Made by a program: the position numbers and the translations under genes. This document shows, piece after piece, positions 1-12,283 of a stretch of 64,000 nucleotides of DNA. The notes under the pieces are model-generated. The model had not been told where the DNA came from and did not search any database. It worked only from the letters and a program-made list of their open reading frames with translations. Numbering within the stretch: the first letter of the stretch is position 1; every line of letters begins with the position of its first letter. Source of the stretch: Amoebophrya sp. A120 (Eukaryota > Protista > Dinoflagellata); assembly GCA_905178155.1 (NCBI GenBank), contig CAJINV010000019.1, positions 440,475 through 504,474 of the forward strand, written 5' to 3'.

Positions 1-1509
1 GTCTCCCGCGTGATTACCGGCGTCCCTGAGTCCGCCCCACCCGCGGTTCGGTCTCGTTCATTGCGGAATTGCAACTGGCCCATCGACTGGTGTAAACTGG
101 CGCTCGAGGACGTTAGCTGACTGTAGATGCTGTGCATCAACGGGTCGCTCGTCAGCGACTTACCGAGGTGACTCGGGTACGATTTTTCGCACGTCTGCAC
201 CTGTTTCTTCAATTCGTCCGTGAATTGCCGGTAGTTCTGCTTCTGGCACTTTCGGGCGATATCGTTTTGCAGCTTGTCGAAAAATAAATGAAGCGGTGGG
301 GCGTTGAGCTTGTTTGCAGCCACTTGGTGCTGTTCCGATAGTGCCAGCTGTTCACCGTCCAGCCTCCTGAAATCCAGAATTATCGCGAGCACCTGCGTCT
401 GCATGGAGGTCAACGTGAAGAAATTCGCGTCGCGGTGTCTCGGACTGTTTCCGATGTCCGGGTGCAACGGGAAGATTTCGCAAATGAGTTTCGGTAGAAT
501 CTCGTGCTGGATGAACGCGAGCACGGCCTTCGGCGGTGCGTGATTATTCTGCATGTTGTTCCCGAACCCGGAGAGGCTCTGCCCAAATAATTGGTCCGCA
601 CCCCGTGCGGACCGGGGGGACGCTTGCTGGTAGCGCGGCGACTATCCTGATTAAAAACGTCGCCACACCAGAGTCCAGATGGGAAATCTGCTAGACAAAT
701 CAGCCAGCTTTGGTTGTTTGGCATGACAAGTCTGCCCTCGTGGTGTAATCCTGTTATGTTTAGCTAGTTCAGAAGCATCACAGATCTAGCACATCGTGCT
801 GATAGGAGCATGACAAATTCCAAAACACGAATAGAGCATGCTTCTCAGAGGGCTCCGCGTGAGAAACTTTTTTGGCATGCAGAATTGCATGACAACTATG
901 GGGTGGGGACGTCTTTACACGGGATAGCGATTGCGAGGGGTTCATCGACCCCCGTGGGGATTTGGTGCCCTCATTGTACAGGTTGTTCAACCCGTTGTTT
1001 TCCTTGCCCATTTGTTTGTTGAAATCGTGCTTGTACTTGGGGAACACCTGCACCATGAGAAACAGCGCAATCACGCGGATGTCAATGTGGTGCTGCGACT
1101 CCGGAATCAAATCGCTACTGCCGAAGTTGATGCTCTGTTGTTGCTCTTGCGTAGGAGAAGAGCAGGAGCTTGAACTGCCACCAGAACCAGAACCCAAAAG
1201 TCCCGCCTGTCCCGCAGCTCCGGAATTCTTGAAGCAGTTCAACGTCCCCAGGGTGGAAAACAGCACCCAGTAGCTCATGGCCACGTTCTGGGGGAATTTT
1301 TGGACCAGCTGCGCTACCTTCGGGGACTGGCAATACTCGTACCACTTTTCCTTGGAAATCCGGCCGGTTTTTTTCACGTCGGGGACGGAATTCACCATGT
1401 GCTCGACAAACGCAATCACTTTCTCCATATACTTGCTCGTGCCCCGCCACGACGGCTCACTGAAGTTGCACACGCCGTGCTCGATTATCTCCTGCCGCAC
1501 GTACAACAT
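1..1509 (-). CDS. 5' part of a gene of unknown function (weakly TBCCD1-like N-terminus); runs off the window edge
   Basis: ATG at 1509. Excising element 643-926 plus one direct repeat joins ...NPSQS to PRYQQ...AVLAFIQHEILPK..., which stays open to base 1. The family guess rests only on LYVRQE and IDIRVIALFLMVQ. Confidence 0.7.
643..926. mobile_element. Introner non-canonical intron (TATCCT..CCCCAC family)
   Basis: TAT...ATA TIRs; flanking direct repeats (DR) GCGAC/GCGAT; excision restores frame. Confidence 0.85.
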
Positions 1510-3606
1510 TTTGAAGTCCAGGACTTGAAAACTTGTTGAGATAAGTACACCAGCACTTCCGCGGTTTATTTCTATCTAACAATACTCTGGAGCGAAGGAC
1601 GAAACCCTGTATCAGGGGCGCAAGCAAAGCGAAATCCAAAGCAGAGTACCTCTTGCAACTGACGCTAGGACGACAAGTACGACTTCCAAGTAACTACATA
1701 TCCACAACGATGGGATGAAAGAACGATCATTTTTGACTTTTGAAAGCGTGCTAAACTTTATTGACGCATTTTTTCACTACCACGCGCTACTCTCTTGGAA
1801 ATAAGACGTGCGTGATATTGACAAAGTCGAACAGACACAGACCACCGCTGATTGGAAACGGTTAGACCCCCTTTTGTGGCCCCGGGCGGTGCGGCAAAGA
1901 CCCCGCTCGCTTTGTTCCTTTTTCGAGTGATAATTCTTTAGAGAGAGAGAGAGATAACCTACATAGTTGAACTAGGCAGGACAGTATACGACGAACATCA
2001 CACAGAAGAACGCTGGCCTTGCTCCCGTCCAACTGCTAGCGTGATGCCTCTCCGCCCACCTCGCAGCGCCTTCAGAAATGGCCCGGCTGACTACTCTCGG
2101 GTCGGATGCTGCTCGCGGATGCTGCTTGATGTGATCCTGTTGCCCTAGCCGAGGTTCTGCTTTCAGGTCGTACAGGCCTGGTAGAGGGCGACGAACTAGA
2201 CCGAAGACTAGAACGCCCCCCCGCTACCGCGAGGTTTTTAGTAGTCAGATTGCGTCAAGGCCGGCCGGAAGACACTGGGATAGTTTACCTGTGGCCTTGT
2301 AGCCCGAGTCTGATTCAAACCGTTCTACGCGCTGATGTCATCCTCCATGTCCGTGAAGAGTAAGGCGGCATGTTAAGGGGGAATTGAGATGACGGGGAAC
2401 TTAAAAAAAAAATAAAAGGCAATCGAAAGCAAACTAGTTCCCCGGCTCGACATGCGGCGACGCTGCTCTTCCACGCAGCGCCCCGGCGAGCAGTTGACGG
2501 GGCACTCACTCACTGGACAGGCCGTCTCCCGCTCAGCGGCGTGGCGCGGCTGTTCTACCAGGAAAGCACTACAGATAGCTTTGCCGCTACTATTTCTATA
2601 TTTTTCTTTCTATTATAGCTATTATTATTTAAGCTACTGCAGCGACGGACCTCGGCGGCGCATCCATCCGGTGAGCGAGTCAGGGCAGTTTGTGCTGGAC
2701 GCATATTGTTTGTGTTTTTTGACCGCCGTGTGTGTGTGTGTTTCTTCGTCAACGTCCTTATGTGTGCACCCATGTGAGACTAGCGCTACCGGGGGGCTCT
2801 TCCTGTCCCCCCGGGTCCTAATGTGTTTTGATTTGGAAAGGGGTAGTATCCGTTCTCAAACAAACGCAGGATCACACGCAGGATCACACGTACTGAGACG
2901 TACTTAAGATTGTCAATAAAATAAAAATTACGAGGACTTCTAAAGTTCTTCTGGTTCTTGCTTAGTCTTGGCTAACACACAACAAATTCAAGGATGCAAC
3001 ATATTTTCACTTTGTTCGTTTGTTTCCTGCTCTATGTGTTGATCGCGCGAAAGGTCCATACATTGCAACTCGATTTCGCCTAGAAATGCGAGAATCAAAT
3101 AAAAGTGGTTGCGATTGGTCTCGTGTGGATTATCTTTCTTGTGGTCCAGCTTCACGAGGTAGTCGACCCCACAATAGATTTCTATGGATCACATGATCCG
3201 GGAGTCACGACGACCTACAGATCTCCTGGTCTCGGAACATCGCCACGATTCATTAGTCATCGCCGAGTGATAATTCTTTAGATTCTTGAATTCTGAGTAG
3301 TTTTCCTCTTCATGATTCGGTGTTTCCTTCCCAACATATTTTCCATAGAGCCTTCTCAAAACGTCGATCCGGCTTGTTGCATCCAAATTCTATTCATCGT
3401 CTTCTTCACAGATTCTCTTCGCAGTAGACCTGCTCACGACGACGACTTCTAAAATTCAGATGATTACTCGTGTATGCTGGAATCGAGAAACACAACTTCC
3501 AAGTACAGATCTTCCAACAGGGTTGTACCACAGCCTCTTCCAGATGCTGTGGAAAACGAAAAGCAGCTCATGTTGTGGAGAAATGAGAGTATCATCCCAG
3601 CACCAC

Positions 3607-4498
3607 TTACACCTTGAAGCCACGGGACTTTCGGCGGCCGCGGGCCTGCTCGAACTTGCGTCCCTTGCGCTTGAGGTTGGTGGCCTTGCGGACGTACGGG
3701 CGGGTAGTGGAGTTCGGGACACCCGGAGCCTTTCCGAAGTACCGGTTCACGACGCGAGCCTTCACGGCGCCACGGAGGAGCACGCAGCCCTTGCCTGTTA
3801 TAATTGTAGAGGTAGGATAAGAGTTTGTCATGTGAAACAAGAATCATCGTCTGCTCATCAAACTATAGAAATCTGAAACTCTAAATTTTTCATGCTCGTC
3901 TACACAACAGGCAAACCGCGAGTGTAAAAATGCAAAAAACCACAAACAGCAAATACCGAGCGGGGTTGTCATGGCGAGCTGGTCAAAGGTCATGCACTGT
4001 CCGCCGGCCTTCTCGATGCGCTTGCGGGCGACTTCGGAGAAGCGCAGGGCGCACACCTTCAGGTTTTCCGGGGCATCCAGGAGGCGGACGTCGTTGGTGA
4101 TAGTTCCGACGACGACGGCGATCTTGTCTTCCTTACCCTGTTTTTTAAATTTGAGAGTGGATAATTTAGATTTTTAAACAGAGATAATGCCATGGGTTTC
4201 TAGGCAAAATCAAAACTTGCGAAACATCTATCACAATCTTGAGGCAAAACGAACTCGATGAGCAAAAAATCCAAGCACATACCTTCATGTGGTCGGCGAG
4301 CTTGGAGATGCTCATTGGGGCCTTCTGGACGCGGGTCATGCAGAGACGGTTGGCAATGACCTTGTTGAAGTTGGATTCCGTGCGGCGGGCCAGAAACTTG
4401 TAGGTCTTGACCAAGAGCTTCAGGTACGGGTTGTCGCCCTTCACCTCCGTGCGCTTGTTCACGGTCTTGCGACCGCCGGCCTTGATGTCGATACCCAT
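3607..4498 (-). CDS. RPL18: 60S ribosomal protein L18 (eL18), 3 exons
   Basis: [59 protein letters not shown] introns at 4138-4282 and 3795-3956. Confidence 0.97.
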
Positions 4499-5300
4499 TT
4501 TCCGAAAAGAATGGGAGAAACTACTACTCAGAAGAATCTAGAACTTAGAACTCTTCTAGGGTCCCTGTGGTGGAAAGAGAGGTGTAGAAAGATTGGTTTT
4601 GTAGTTTAGGATTTAGATTTGAAGAAGAGTATCACTACCCGTGTTTGCCGTAATATCTAAAGTTAGAGCTACGATTTCACGTTGGACTTCCAACTTCTAA
4701 ATTCGGAAAGAAGGAACGGTTTACGTTCGCGTCCAGATTTGCATTGGATCTTTAGATCGTTTTGACAGTGAACCAGGATCGCAATCTGCTGTTGCGGATT
4801 TAGATCGTGTGATCGGATTTTAGCAACCTTGCCAAAGATTGTTCCATTGAGCTCGACACGAGGATTTCGATCTCGCGATAAACTGCTGACCAACCGATAG
4901 ATCAAGATCTTTAGATCGCACTGCATAGTTTCACGAGAGTTTTTGCTCGATCAGTGTTGTATCTGCAGAAAGAACCGACTCTCCTTATTCGGAAGAGAGA
5001 AACACGCACCTCCCCCTGTACGTACCGTCGCTTCGCAATCTGCACAGCTGCCGACAGCGCAGTCTCGCGCACAACCAGTAGCGCGCTTCGTTCGTATAGT
5101 GAATCAGACTTGTAGAGCTACCAAACAAGGTTCACTTCCTCACCATCATCATTACATTGTTCCCGCTTGCCAGATTTTCACGAAGAAGGTTGTCCTCGTT
5201 CCTAAAACTAGACAAGCAACGTGTGTTCGTTGTAGATGGAAGTAGTAGTTGTGTAAAAAAGACCAAGTGTTTCGAAAAACCACACACAGATTCTCCCCTC

Positions 5301-6384
5301 TTAACGGTTGGCCTTGGCAACACGTTCGATCTCGTCCTTCTTCTTGATGGCGTAGCTGTTGGAGGATTCCTTGGCGCAGTTGACCAACTCGTCCGCCAAG
5401 CACTCGGCAATCGACTTGATGTTACGGAAGGCGGACAGGCGGGCTCCCGTGGTGATCAGGTGGATGGCCTCATTGACACGGCGGATCGGGGACACATCGA
5501 CGGCCTGGCGACGGACGGTACCAGAGGAACCGACCTTACAGGAGTCCTCACGCGGACCACCGTTCTTCACGGCATCGATCAAGACCTGGATGGGATTTTT
5601 AAAAGGGGATGTGGCCTTTAAATTGATTCAAAGGCGAAGTTCTCATGGACCAGACCTACAGTCTGGCAAACGCTCTCCTCAGGAACTCCTGCGGAAGATG
5701 CATGCGATGAAGGAAAACACAAACTCCTAAATCCTATACTCTCATTTCGTGCCAGCACACCTCTCAAAAGATGGCACGACTCAAACGTGGAGATACAAAT
5801 TTTTTCAAAGAAAAACTACACAGAATCATCACTCTGTAGCGAGACAGAAATTCACCAAGTTTATTCACCAGACCTAATCATCACTAAACTCCGCCCATAA
5901 TAAATACCTGGATCGGGTTCATTTCCGGGTTCAACAGGTGGATGATCTCCAGAGCCTGCTTGACGATGCGGACCGCCTTCAGCTTCTTTCCGTTGTTGCG
6001 TCCGTGCATCATCAGGGAGCAGGCCATGCGCTCGACGATCGGGCACAGAGCCTTGCGGAACCGCTTGGTCTGGTAGCGACCGGCCGTGTGCGGCACGTAG
6101 ATTCCGGAAGAGCTGGAGAAGCGGCCGGAAGAAGTCTTGATGTAATCCACGAGGGAAATCTCGGAGCCTGGAGTGATTTTTAGAAGGAGAAATTTAGAAA
6201 AAAATTTTGTCATGTCTTTGTCATGCGGAGTCGCGCATACGAAAACCTGTCTGTCATGCGAGACAACATCACGAATTGTAAACATCGTTTTAAACAAAAT
6301 TTCAGTACACATCAGGTCGGTGAACTCCCACTTTCCGAAGAGCTTGGGCTCCACGGCATTCTCGAAGGCAGCCTTGTTTTCCAT
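5301..6384 (-). CDS. RPS5: 40S ribosomal protein S5 (uS7), 3 exons
   Basis: [53 protein letters not shown] introns at 6168-6308 and 5586-5907. Confidence 0.97.
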
Positions 6385-7321
6385 TTTCTGTTGCGAAAGT
6401 CGATAGCTCTACAAGTTGTCTTTTTCACAACTTACACGTTTCCCTGTGGGTGAGTGAAAAATGATGGTAAAATATCATCGTAAAGCGAAGTCATATGTTT
6501 TTCCAAGTTAGTGCGAAAAGTTAAGAACCCGCGAATTTAGATTCTTCTTACTTTTTAGGTTTCCTTTCTCAAGATGTATTGCCACGGACTACAGAGATCC
6601 TCTTTCTCACGGTGTGAGCAGGTTTTTACATTTTAAGGATCGTTCTTTCTACAACTCACGGGACAACTTGATCGCGGATAAATTTGGAGCGCAATATTGA
6701 TCGTCTAGTGATTTTGCGATCTGTTGACAGTGCTCCTTGTGATCAAACAGGTGGATCCAAAGTTCCCTCTGAGATCTAAATCTTTTCTCATCTTCGCGCA
6801 TATGATCTTGATCACCAGCCACTCAATCGAAGCCATGCTAAGCAGCACGGGAATGAATTCTGTAGGATTTTTGCGTAGCACTACACCGCACTTCGGCTTC
6901 TTTTGCGTCGAAATCAAAGATGATAGTTACGATCACATGCACTGAATACCTGGGGTCCCGCGAACAGTACTCACAAATTGTAAACGAAACAGCACGCGCG
7001 TCCTTGCTCCAGCGCACTTTTCATCTGATCTTCATCTCCGTAGGGACAATTGCGTGACGCTGAAGGCGCCAGCGCCAATATATCGCATCTCGGAAAAATC
7101 TAAATTTGAGATCCTGAGAAGAGTTCAACAGATGAAATGGTCACTCGGGTTGTCTTTGGAAACACAGAGATAGCGCTGTGGCGAACCGACTACACCTCTT
7201 CATGGAAACGATCGAACCGTTACTACAGCTTCAAATCCTATGCGTGGAAAGAGCAGAAACCCGCTGCTCGCTCGGGAAAACAAAACATCACCACTCGAGC
7301 AAAATAAAGCGATTGAAAAGC

Positions 7322-8900
7322 TCAATCCAATCCGGGGCAAATTTTGCAGACCCCCTCGCACATCCGGCCGAGGTATTTCAGCCGCCAATCCGGCACCAGC
7401 TGCGCCTGCTGATCCCCACCCATCGCTTTCGGCTTCGCAACCCCGGGTCGCTGATCCCGATCCTGAAAAACTTGGTCAATCTTTGCGTCAAGCTCCGAAT
7501 CTACTTGAGCGGCCGCGTCCTGAGAGTGATAGTTTTCAGATGTTGGCTCTTTTGCATTTTTTCATGCAAGGCGACAAGAAAAATGAGAATCTAAATTTGC
7601 ACACAAATTAAAATCGATCATAGCACCATGTCGAATCTGATACGGAGAAAAAGAACGCCAACCCGAAGTAGCCCTAAACCAAACTAAACAATACCCCGCT
7701 GATTTCATCACGCACATGTCCTCCCGCCCCGCCATCCGCATTCAAACCCGTGCCCGACGCAATCCTCTTGCCGCGACTGCGTTTCCCCACGAGCTGTGGC
7801 GATCCGATGGGTTTCCCGTCGTCATCATAGGCCTCGCCAACCAAATCTGGTAACACCGTGTGCACCAACTCGTGCCGAACCAGTTCCGACTGGTTCTGGT
7901 ACTCACTCCGCGCGTCCCGGTCGGGGAAAAGTTGCGATATTTCCACCTCCAGTAACGGGTCCTTCCCGCTCGGCGCCGACGAAGTTGGCGTGGGCATGGA
8001 GCCCCGGATGTTTTGGCTCCGATTCAGCTGCGCGATCCGCTCCGGGTTCTTCGCCACGCGCTTCCCGCGGGACCGGCCCTTGATCTGCAGGCCAGAGACG
8101 TCGAGGAGTTTGCCCGTTTCATCATAAGCTTTCCCGATCAAATCCCGCCCCAGCACCTTGACCGCAATCTCTTTCTGCTTGATCCGCTTTTGCTGCGGAT
8201 TGTTGATCATGCTGTTGTTGTTGCCTAGAGTGGTCGGGGGCTGGTGTCTCATCATGTTGTGAGTAGGACTCCTGGTGCTGCCTTGCTGCGCTGTGGAGGA
8301 TGACATGGGTGTCGACAGTGGCGTGTTCGGCTGCGAGCTGTCCGGTGTGAGCAGCTTATTCTCCCCGATCGCTTGGATATTGCGAATTTGCAGTTTTTGA
8401 ACCACTCCTGGGGAAGCAGTTGGTGGAGATGAACCAACTTTGACGGTGGGCACGGTTAGACTCGGCGGAACCAGCGCTTTATTCACAGGCGCTGGATAAT
8501 TACTACTCGTACTACCCGCAGTAATTACAGTAGCACTGCCAAGCGCCGGCACGGACGCCGTGCCGCTAGTACTACTTTGCTGCCCTAAATAAATCGTGCG
8601 CAAGGATGGGAGTCCGAATGGCTGCTGCAATTGCCCCACGCCGAGCGTGTTTGTCGGCGCGCCATTTAACGCTGAAGGTGTTGCGCTATTGCATTTGTTC
8701 GTTCCCATTCCGGGCTGTTGCGGGGTTCGGATACCACTTAACACGATCGGGCGGATCCCGAGCTGCTGCTGTTGTTGCACTTCCTGCTTGGCCCGCGCCT
8801 GCAGACTCGGGGTGGTGTAGGGGTAGAGTTCCTGGGAGCCGTTGCCCGAGGTGTTGCCGGCATTTGAGGGTGGGGGGGAAGAGGACGGAGTAGACGACAT
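7322..8900 (-). CDS. Hypothetical protein with low-complexity N-terminus and two ~80-aa internal repeats
   Basis: 408-aa ORF plus GT-AG intron 7520-7715 leading to exon DAAAQVDSELDAKIDQVFQDRDQR...GLD*, which completes the second repeat. Confidence 0.75.
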
Positions 8901-9955
8901 CTTCTATTTCAGGTGCTCCACGTGAGTTTATTTGAGGGGGTATCGAAAAGGAATGTTCAACAAATTTGTGTGACTACGCGAATGAAGACGAGTACTACGG
9001 CGTAACAAGCACCAGAATGACGGTAGAAAATGTTTGTCGCGAGGCTCGCTACAGTGGAGACTGCTACCACAGCAACTGTGACAAAACTACAACTACACCG
9101 ATATTTGCTCGTCTTGGAGGGACAGTGGTAAAAATGGGTTCCTGGTTGATGAAGGCAAAATTTTGGTCATGGCTTCGCTACATGATGCTTCTTTTCTCAC
9201 GAGAAAAACCGACAAACCAATCCTTATCCTGTACGATCGTAGAAGACCGATGCCAGAGTAGAGAACTGAACGAGGACGTAGTGCACGTGCTGCGCACAAA
9301 TACCTTGCCTCTAATGGACGATTTGATTCTTCAATACCGAAACACGCTGCGAGCTGCGATTGTCCGAAGGAGCTGAGGAAGTCACGCACGACTAATGTGA
9401 ACCTTCCGCCTTGGCGAGTCAGTTCAGAACGCGAGCCTGGGTCTACGTGCTGCCTTTGTGCCAGCCTCGACACTACAAGCGTCTGTACGAAGACAACCGA
9501 CGAAGGCTGTCACGCTTGACTCACACAACCGAAGTCTGGGTAACGTCTCCTCACTGCCGCGCGTGCCAGCTGTGCAACCGATGGATAAGGCGCTTCTTTT
9601 CTTCAGAACAGGTTCGTTTGTTGTATTTTGCGGAGCGAGGTTTTCCCCCTTTTGCTGCTTCGCGCCCACCCTAGCCGAGCTAATGATTATTTCACAATTT
9701 CTAATGTACCCAAAATCTTCGACCTGAGCAATGCGATATGCATATGGTGAAGTAATGTACCAAAATTTCTACGAATAGGCATGGCGCTCTACTTAAAAAG
9801 GCGAATCGCATGCACGGAGACGGAGAAGCAAAAGTTGAAGTATAGAAAAAGCTTTCCCGCAAAGCATACAAAGCTGCACAGAAGTAGAGCCTGCTTTAAA
9901 CCACACGGTCACGAACCGTAGTTCCACCTACGAATGAACCTCCGTCCCTCTGCGT

Positions 9956-12283
9956 TCATTCCGCCTCCTGGGCGGCGCTGATTTTCAGCGTTTCAAACAC
10001 ATTCTGGCACTTCTGCACCTCCCGGTACCGGTATCTCGGTGGCGTATCCACCATTTCAATCTCTTTTCGGTAAATCCTCTCCGCCCCGTCCGTTGGGAGC
10101 GTGACAATCTCCGGGATGTGCAGGGCGTGTTGTTCTTGTTCATCCACCTGCGCATGACCTACTACTACTTGCGACGGAGGTATGGCTTTTTCTTTTGCTT
10201 TGAGATCCGAGAGACCACTTGTCCCCGTCGTAGAAAATGATACCGGCGAACTTGGATTCTGACCTGCTTGTCCCGTTACCGCCGGCGTAGTGTGTTTCTT
10301 GGCGCTCATCGGTAACACCGGGGCAGCAGTCCGCTGAAAAGGCGTGAGGGGGGTAAAGCCGTGCCGGCGGCCGCTAGTGTTCATGTGCATCTGACTGTAA
10401 AACGACCCGCCGGCGCGCTGAAAAAGCAGTGGCTGTGGGTCGTTGCTCATGAATCTTTGTGGCCGAGAGGGGTTTTCGAGCGCTGCACTCGTCTCCCGCG
10501 CCGCGTCGAATTCCCCATCATCTGCAACAGCTGAACCCAATGCCAATAGCTGCGCCTTGGCCACTTCTGGAAACACGGACGTCTTCTGCTTCGGCAATGG
10601 ACGACCAGCTCTCACGACCAGCGGAGATGAAATTCTATTATTTGTGGACCCAACTGCACGGAACCGCAGGTGGATGCTGTTCGGAAACAGCTCCCGCTCC
10701 CCGACCAAATCGCCGATAAACTGACGGGGGGAGAAGAAGGCGAGGTCTTCTACTGGCTCGACGAGATCCTCCCCTTGATGTTCCCGCGGCGTGTAGAAAA
10801 CATCTTCAAGGTCGGAACCACTAGGATTTCCTGCTTTCGTCACCAGTAGATCGGTGCGTGCTACCAAAGAAAGCCTTCTCGGATCAGCAAGTTCATCCTG
10901 ACAAAGGCCGCCAGAATCAGTATGATCATCCTGATCTGCTGCTGCACTCCCGGCCGCCTCCGACGAAAACAAGAACTGACGCGCGGTACTAGTGGTTTCG
11001 GTTCTACTTGATGTTCTGTCAACCCCATTTTTAGCAGGTGCTGCTGCTACTTGTCCTCCATCGCCATTTGCATTTTCTGAAGGCGGGTGCTCGGGGCCAG
11101 TAGACTTCTGTTCGTTGCTTGTGTCGTCCCACCGGTTTTGGTCGTCGCCAAAAGCGAATCGCAGTTTTTTGTAGCCATTATTGCACACCACCATCCCGCC
11201 CGGCACTGTGCTTGCAGTTACCGGCGCCACCAGGTCCGCGAGAACATCAAGTGTGGCGCAAGAATTTTCGCTCGCAAAATAACCACTACGGCTTTCATTC
11301 GAATTTTCATCTGCAGTTGGAACAATACTAGTTCGTTCGCGATGCATTTCGTCCTGTTCCAAAGACGCACTTCTTCTCCCAGCGATATCTACTGCTTCCG
11401 ATTGGCCCTGCTGCGGAGGTCCATCGCTTCCTTGAGTCTCGTCGTGCAGATCCAGCCCGAAGGTGCTATTGCCTGCTTGTTTTGGCATCACCTGAGCCGC
11501 CTCTGGTCGTTGATCCGCCTCGGCTCTGTCCACAGAGAGCGGCCTGTCGACCACTTGTTGTACTACAACAGCCTCAATACGACCGGTGGAGCCGATTGAG
11601 TTTTCCTCTTCGTCTTCGTGAAGACCTTTTGCTTTTGTATACAGTCGCTCGGTAGGAGCTTCATCCCCCGAAGAACTACGGCGTGTGGGAATCTTTAAAG
11701 CACAAGCAGGAGACGGGCTCTCCAGCAGCAGTGTCGTTTTATTGCTGTACTCCCCGCCGCCGGGGCTGTTCGTCTTCCCGTTCTGGAGATTCTTTTTCTT
11801 CCGCCTCAACCCGAGTTCCTGCAATAGCTCTTCTCGCCAGGTTTTCGGCGACGCACGCAGCTTCTTCAACAGGACCGCATGGTGCTCTCGCTTGATCATG
11901 CCATCTTTTCCTTTCTGCTCCTCCCCGCAGCCTTGTCTTCGTGGTGTGGTTCTCGTCATTTCTGCGCGAGTTTGTTTCCTTGCTCCGCTTTTGGATAAAG
12001 ATGAAGTGGCGTTTTTAGTGTAGTCGGCAGGTGGCCCAGTTTCTTCTTGCACACGAAGTAGACCACCTCGCTGTATGTCAGTATCGTGCCGGCCTTGAAG
12101 ACAAGTCGCCCTCGACTCCTGCGCACTACGTACTGCCACTAGCGGTCTCGCAATCGTAGTTTGCCGCCAAACTGAGATGGCGGGCTTTCTCTGTGCGGCC
12201 TCGACTCGCATTTTGCAAGTTCTACCCAGGAGGTGAGTTGTCTTGCTAGATGGGCGGCTATCAAGAAGCTGCGACACAAACAA
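9956..12283 (-). CDS. Hypothetical low-complexity protein (775-aa ORF; true start uncertain)
   Basis: Long stop-free ORF on the same strand as its neighbours; no recognisable domain. Confidence 0.65.
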   Translation of the reverse strand: MFVSQLLDSRPSSKTTHLLGRTCKMRVEAAQRKPAISVWRQTTIARPLVAVRSAQESRATCLQGRHDTDIQRGGLLRVQEETGPPADYTKNATSSLSKSGARKQTRAEMTRTTPRRQGCGEEQKGKDGMIKREHHAVLLKKLRASPKTWREELLQELGLRRKKKNLQNGKTNSPGGGEYSNKTTLLLESPSPACALKIPTRRSSSGDEAPTERLYTKAKGLHEDEEENSIGSTGRIEAVVVQQVVDRPLSVDRAEADQRPEAAQVMPKQAGNSTFGLDLHDETQGSDGPPQQGQSEAVDIAGRRSASLEQDEMHRERTSIVPTADENSNESRSGYFASENSCATLDVLADLVAPVTASTVPGGMVVCNNGYKKLRFAFGDDQNRWDDTSNEQKSTGPEHPPSENANGDGGQVAAAPAKNGVDRTSSRTETTSTARQFLFSSEAAGSAAADQDDHTDSGGLCQDELADPRRLSLVARTDLLVTKAGNPSGSDLEDVFYTPREHQGEDLVEPVEDLAFFSPRQFIGDLVGERELFPNSIHLRFRAVGSTNNRISSPLVVRAGRPLPKQKTSVFPEVAKAQLLALGSAVADDGEFDAARETSAALENPSRPQRFMSNDPQPLLFQRAGGSFYSQMHMNTSGRRHGFTPLTPFQRTAAPVLPMSAKKHTTPAVTGQAGQNPSSPVSFSTTGTSGLSDLKAKEKAIPPSQVVVGHAQVDEQEQHALHIPEIVTLPTDGAERIYRKEIEMVDTPPRYRYREVQKCQNVFETLKISAAQEAE

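Noticed and set aside
3189-3386. Short ORF downstream of RPL18
   Set aside because: Flanked by stops with no recognisable homology.
8010-8019. Partial spliced-leader match TTTTGGCTC
   Set aside because: Only 9 nt, within the antisense strand of a coding exon.
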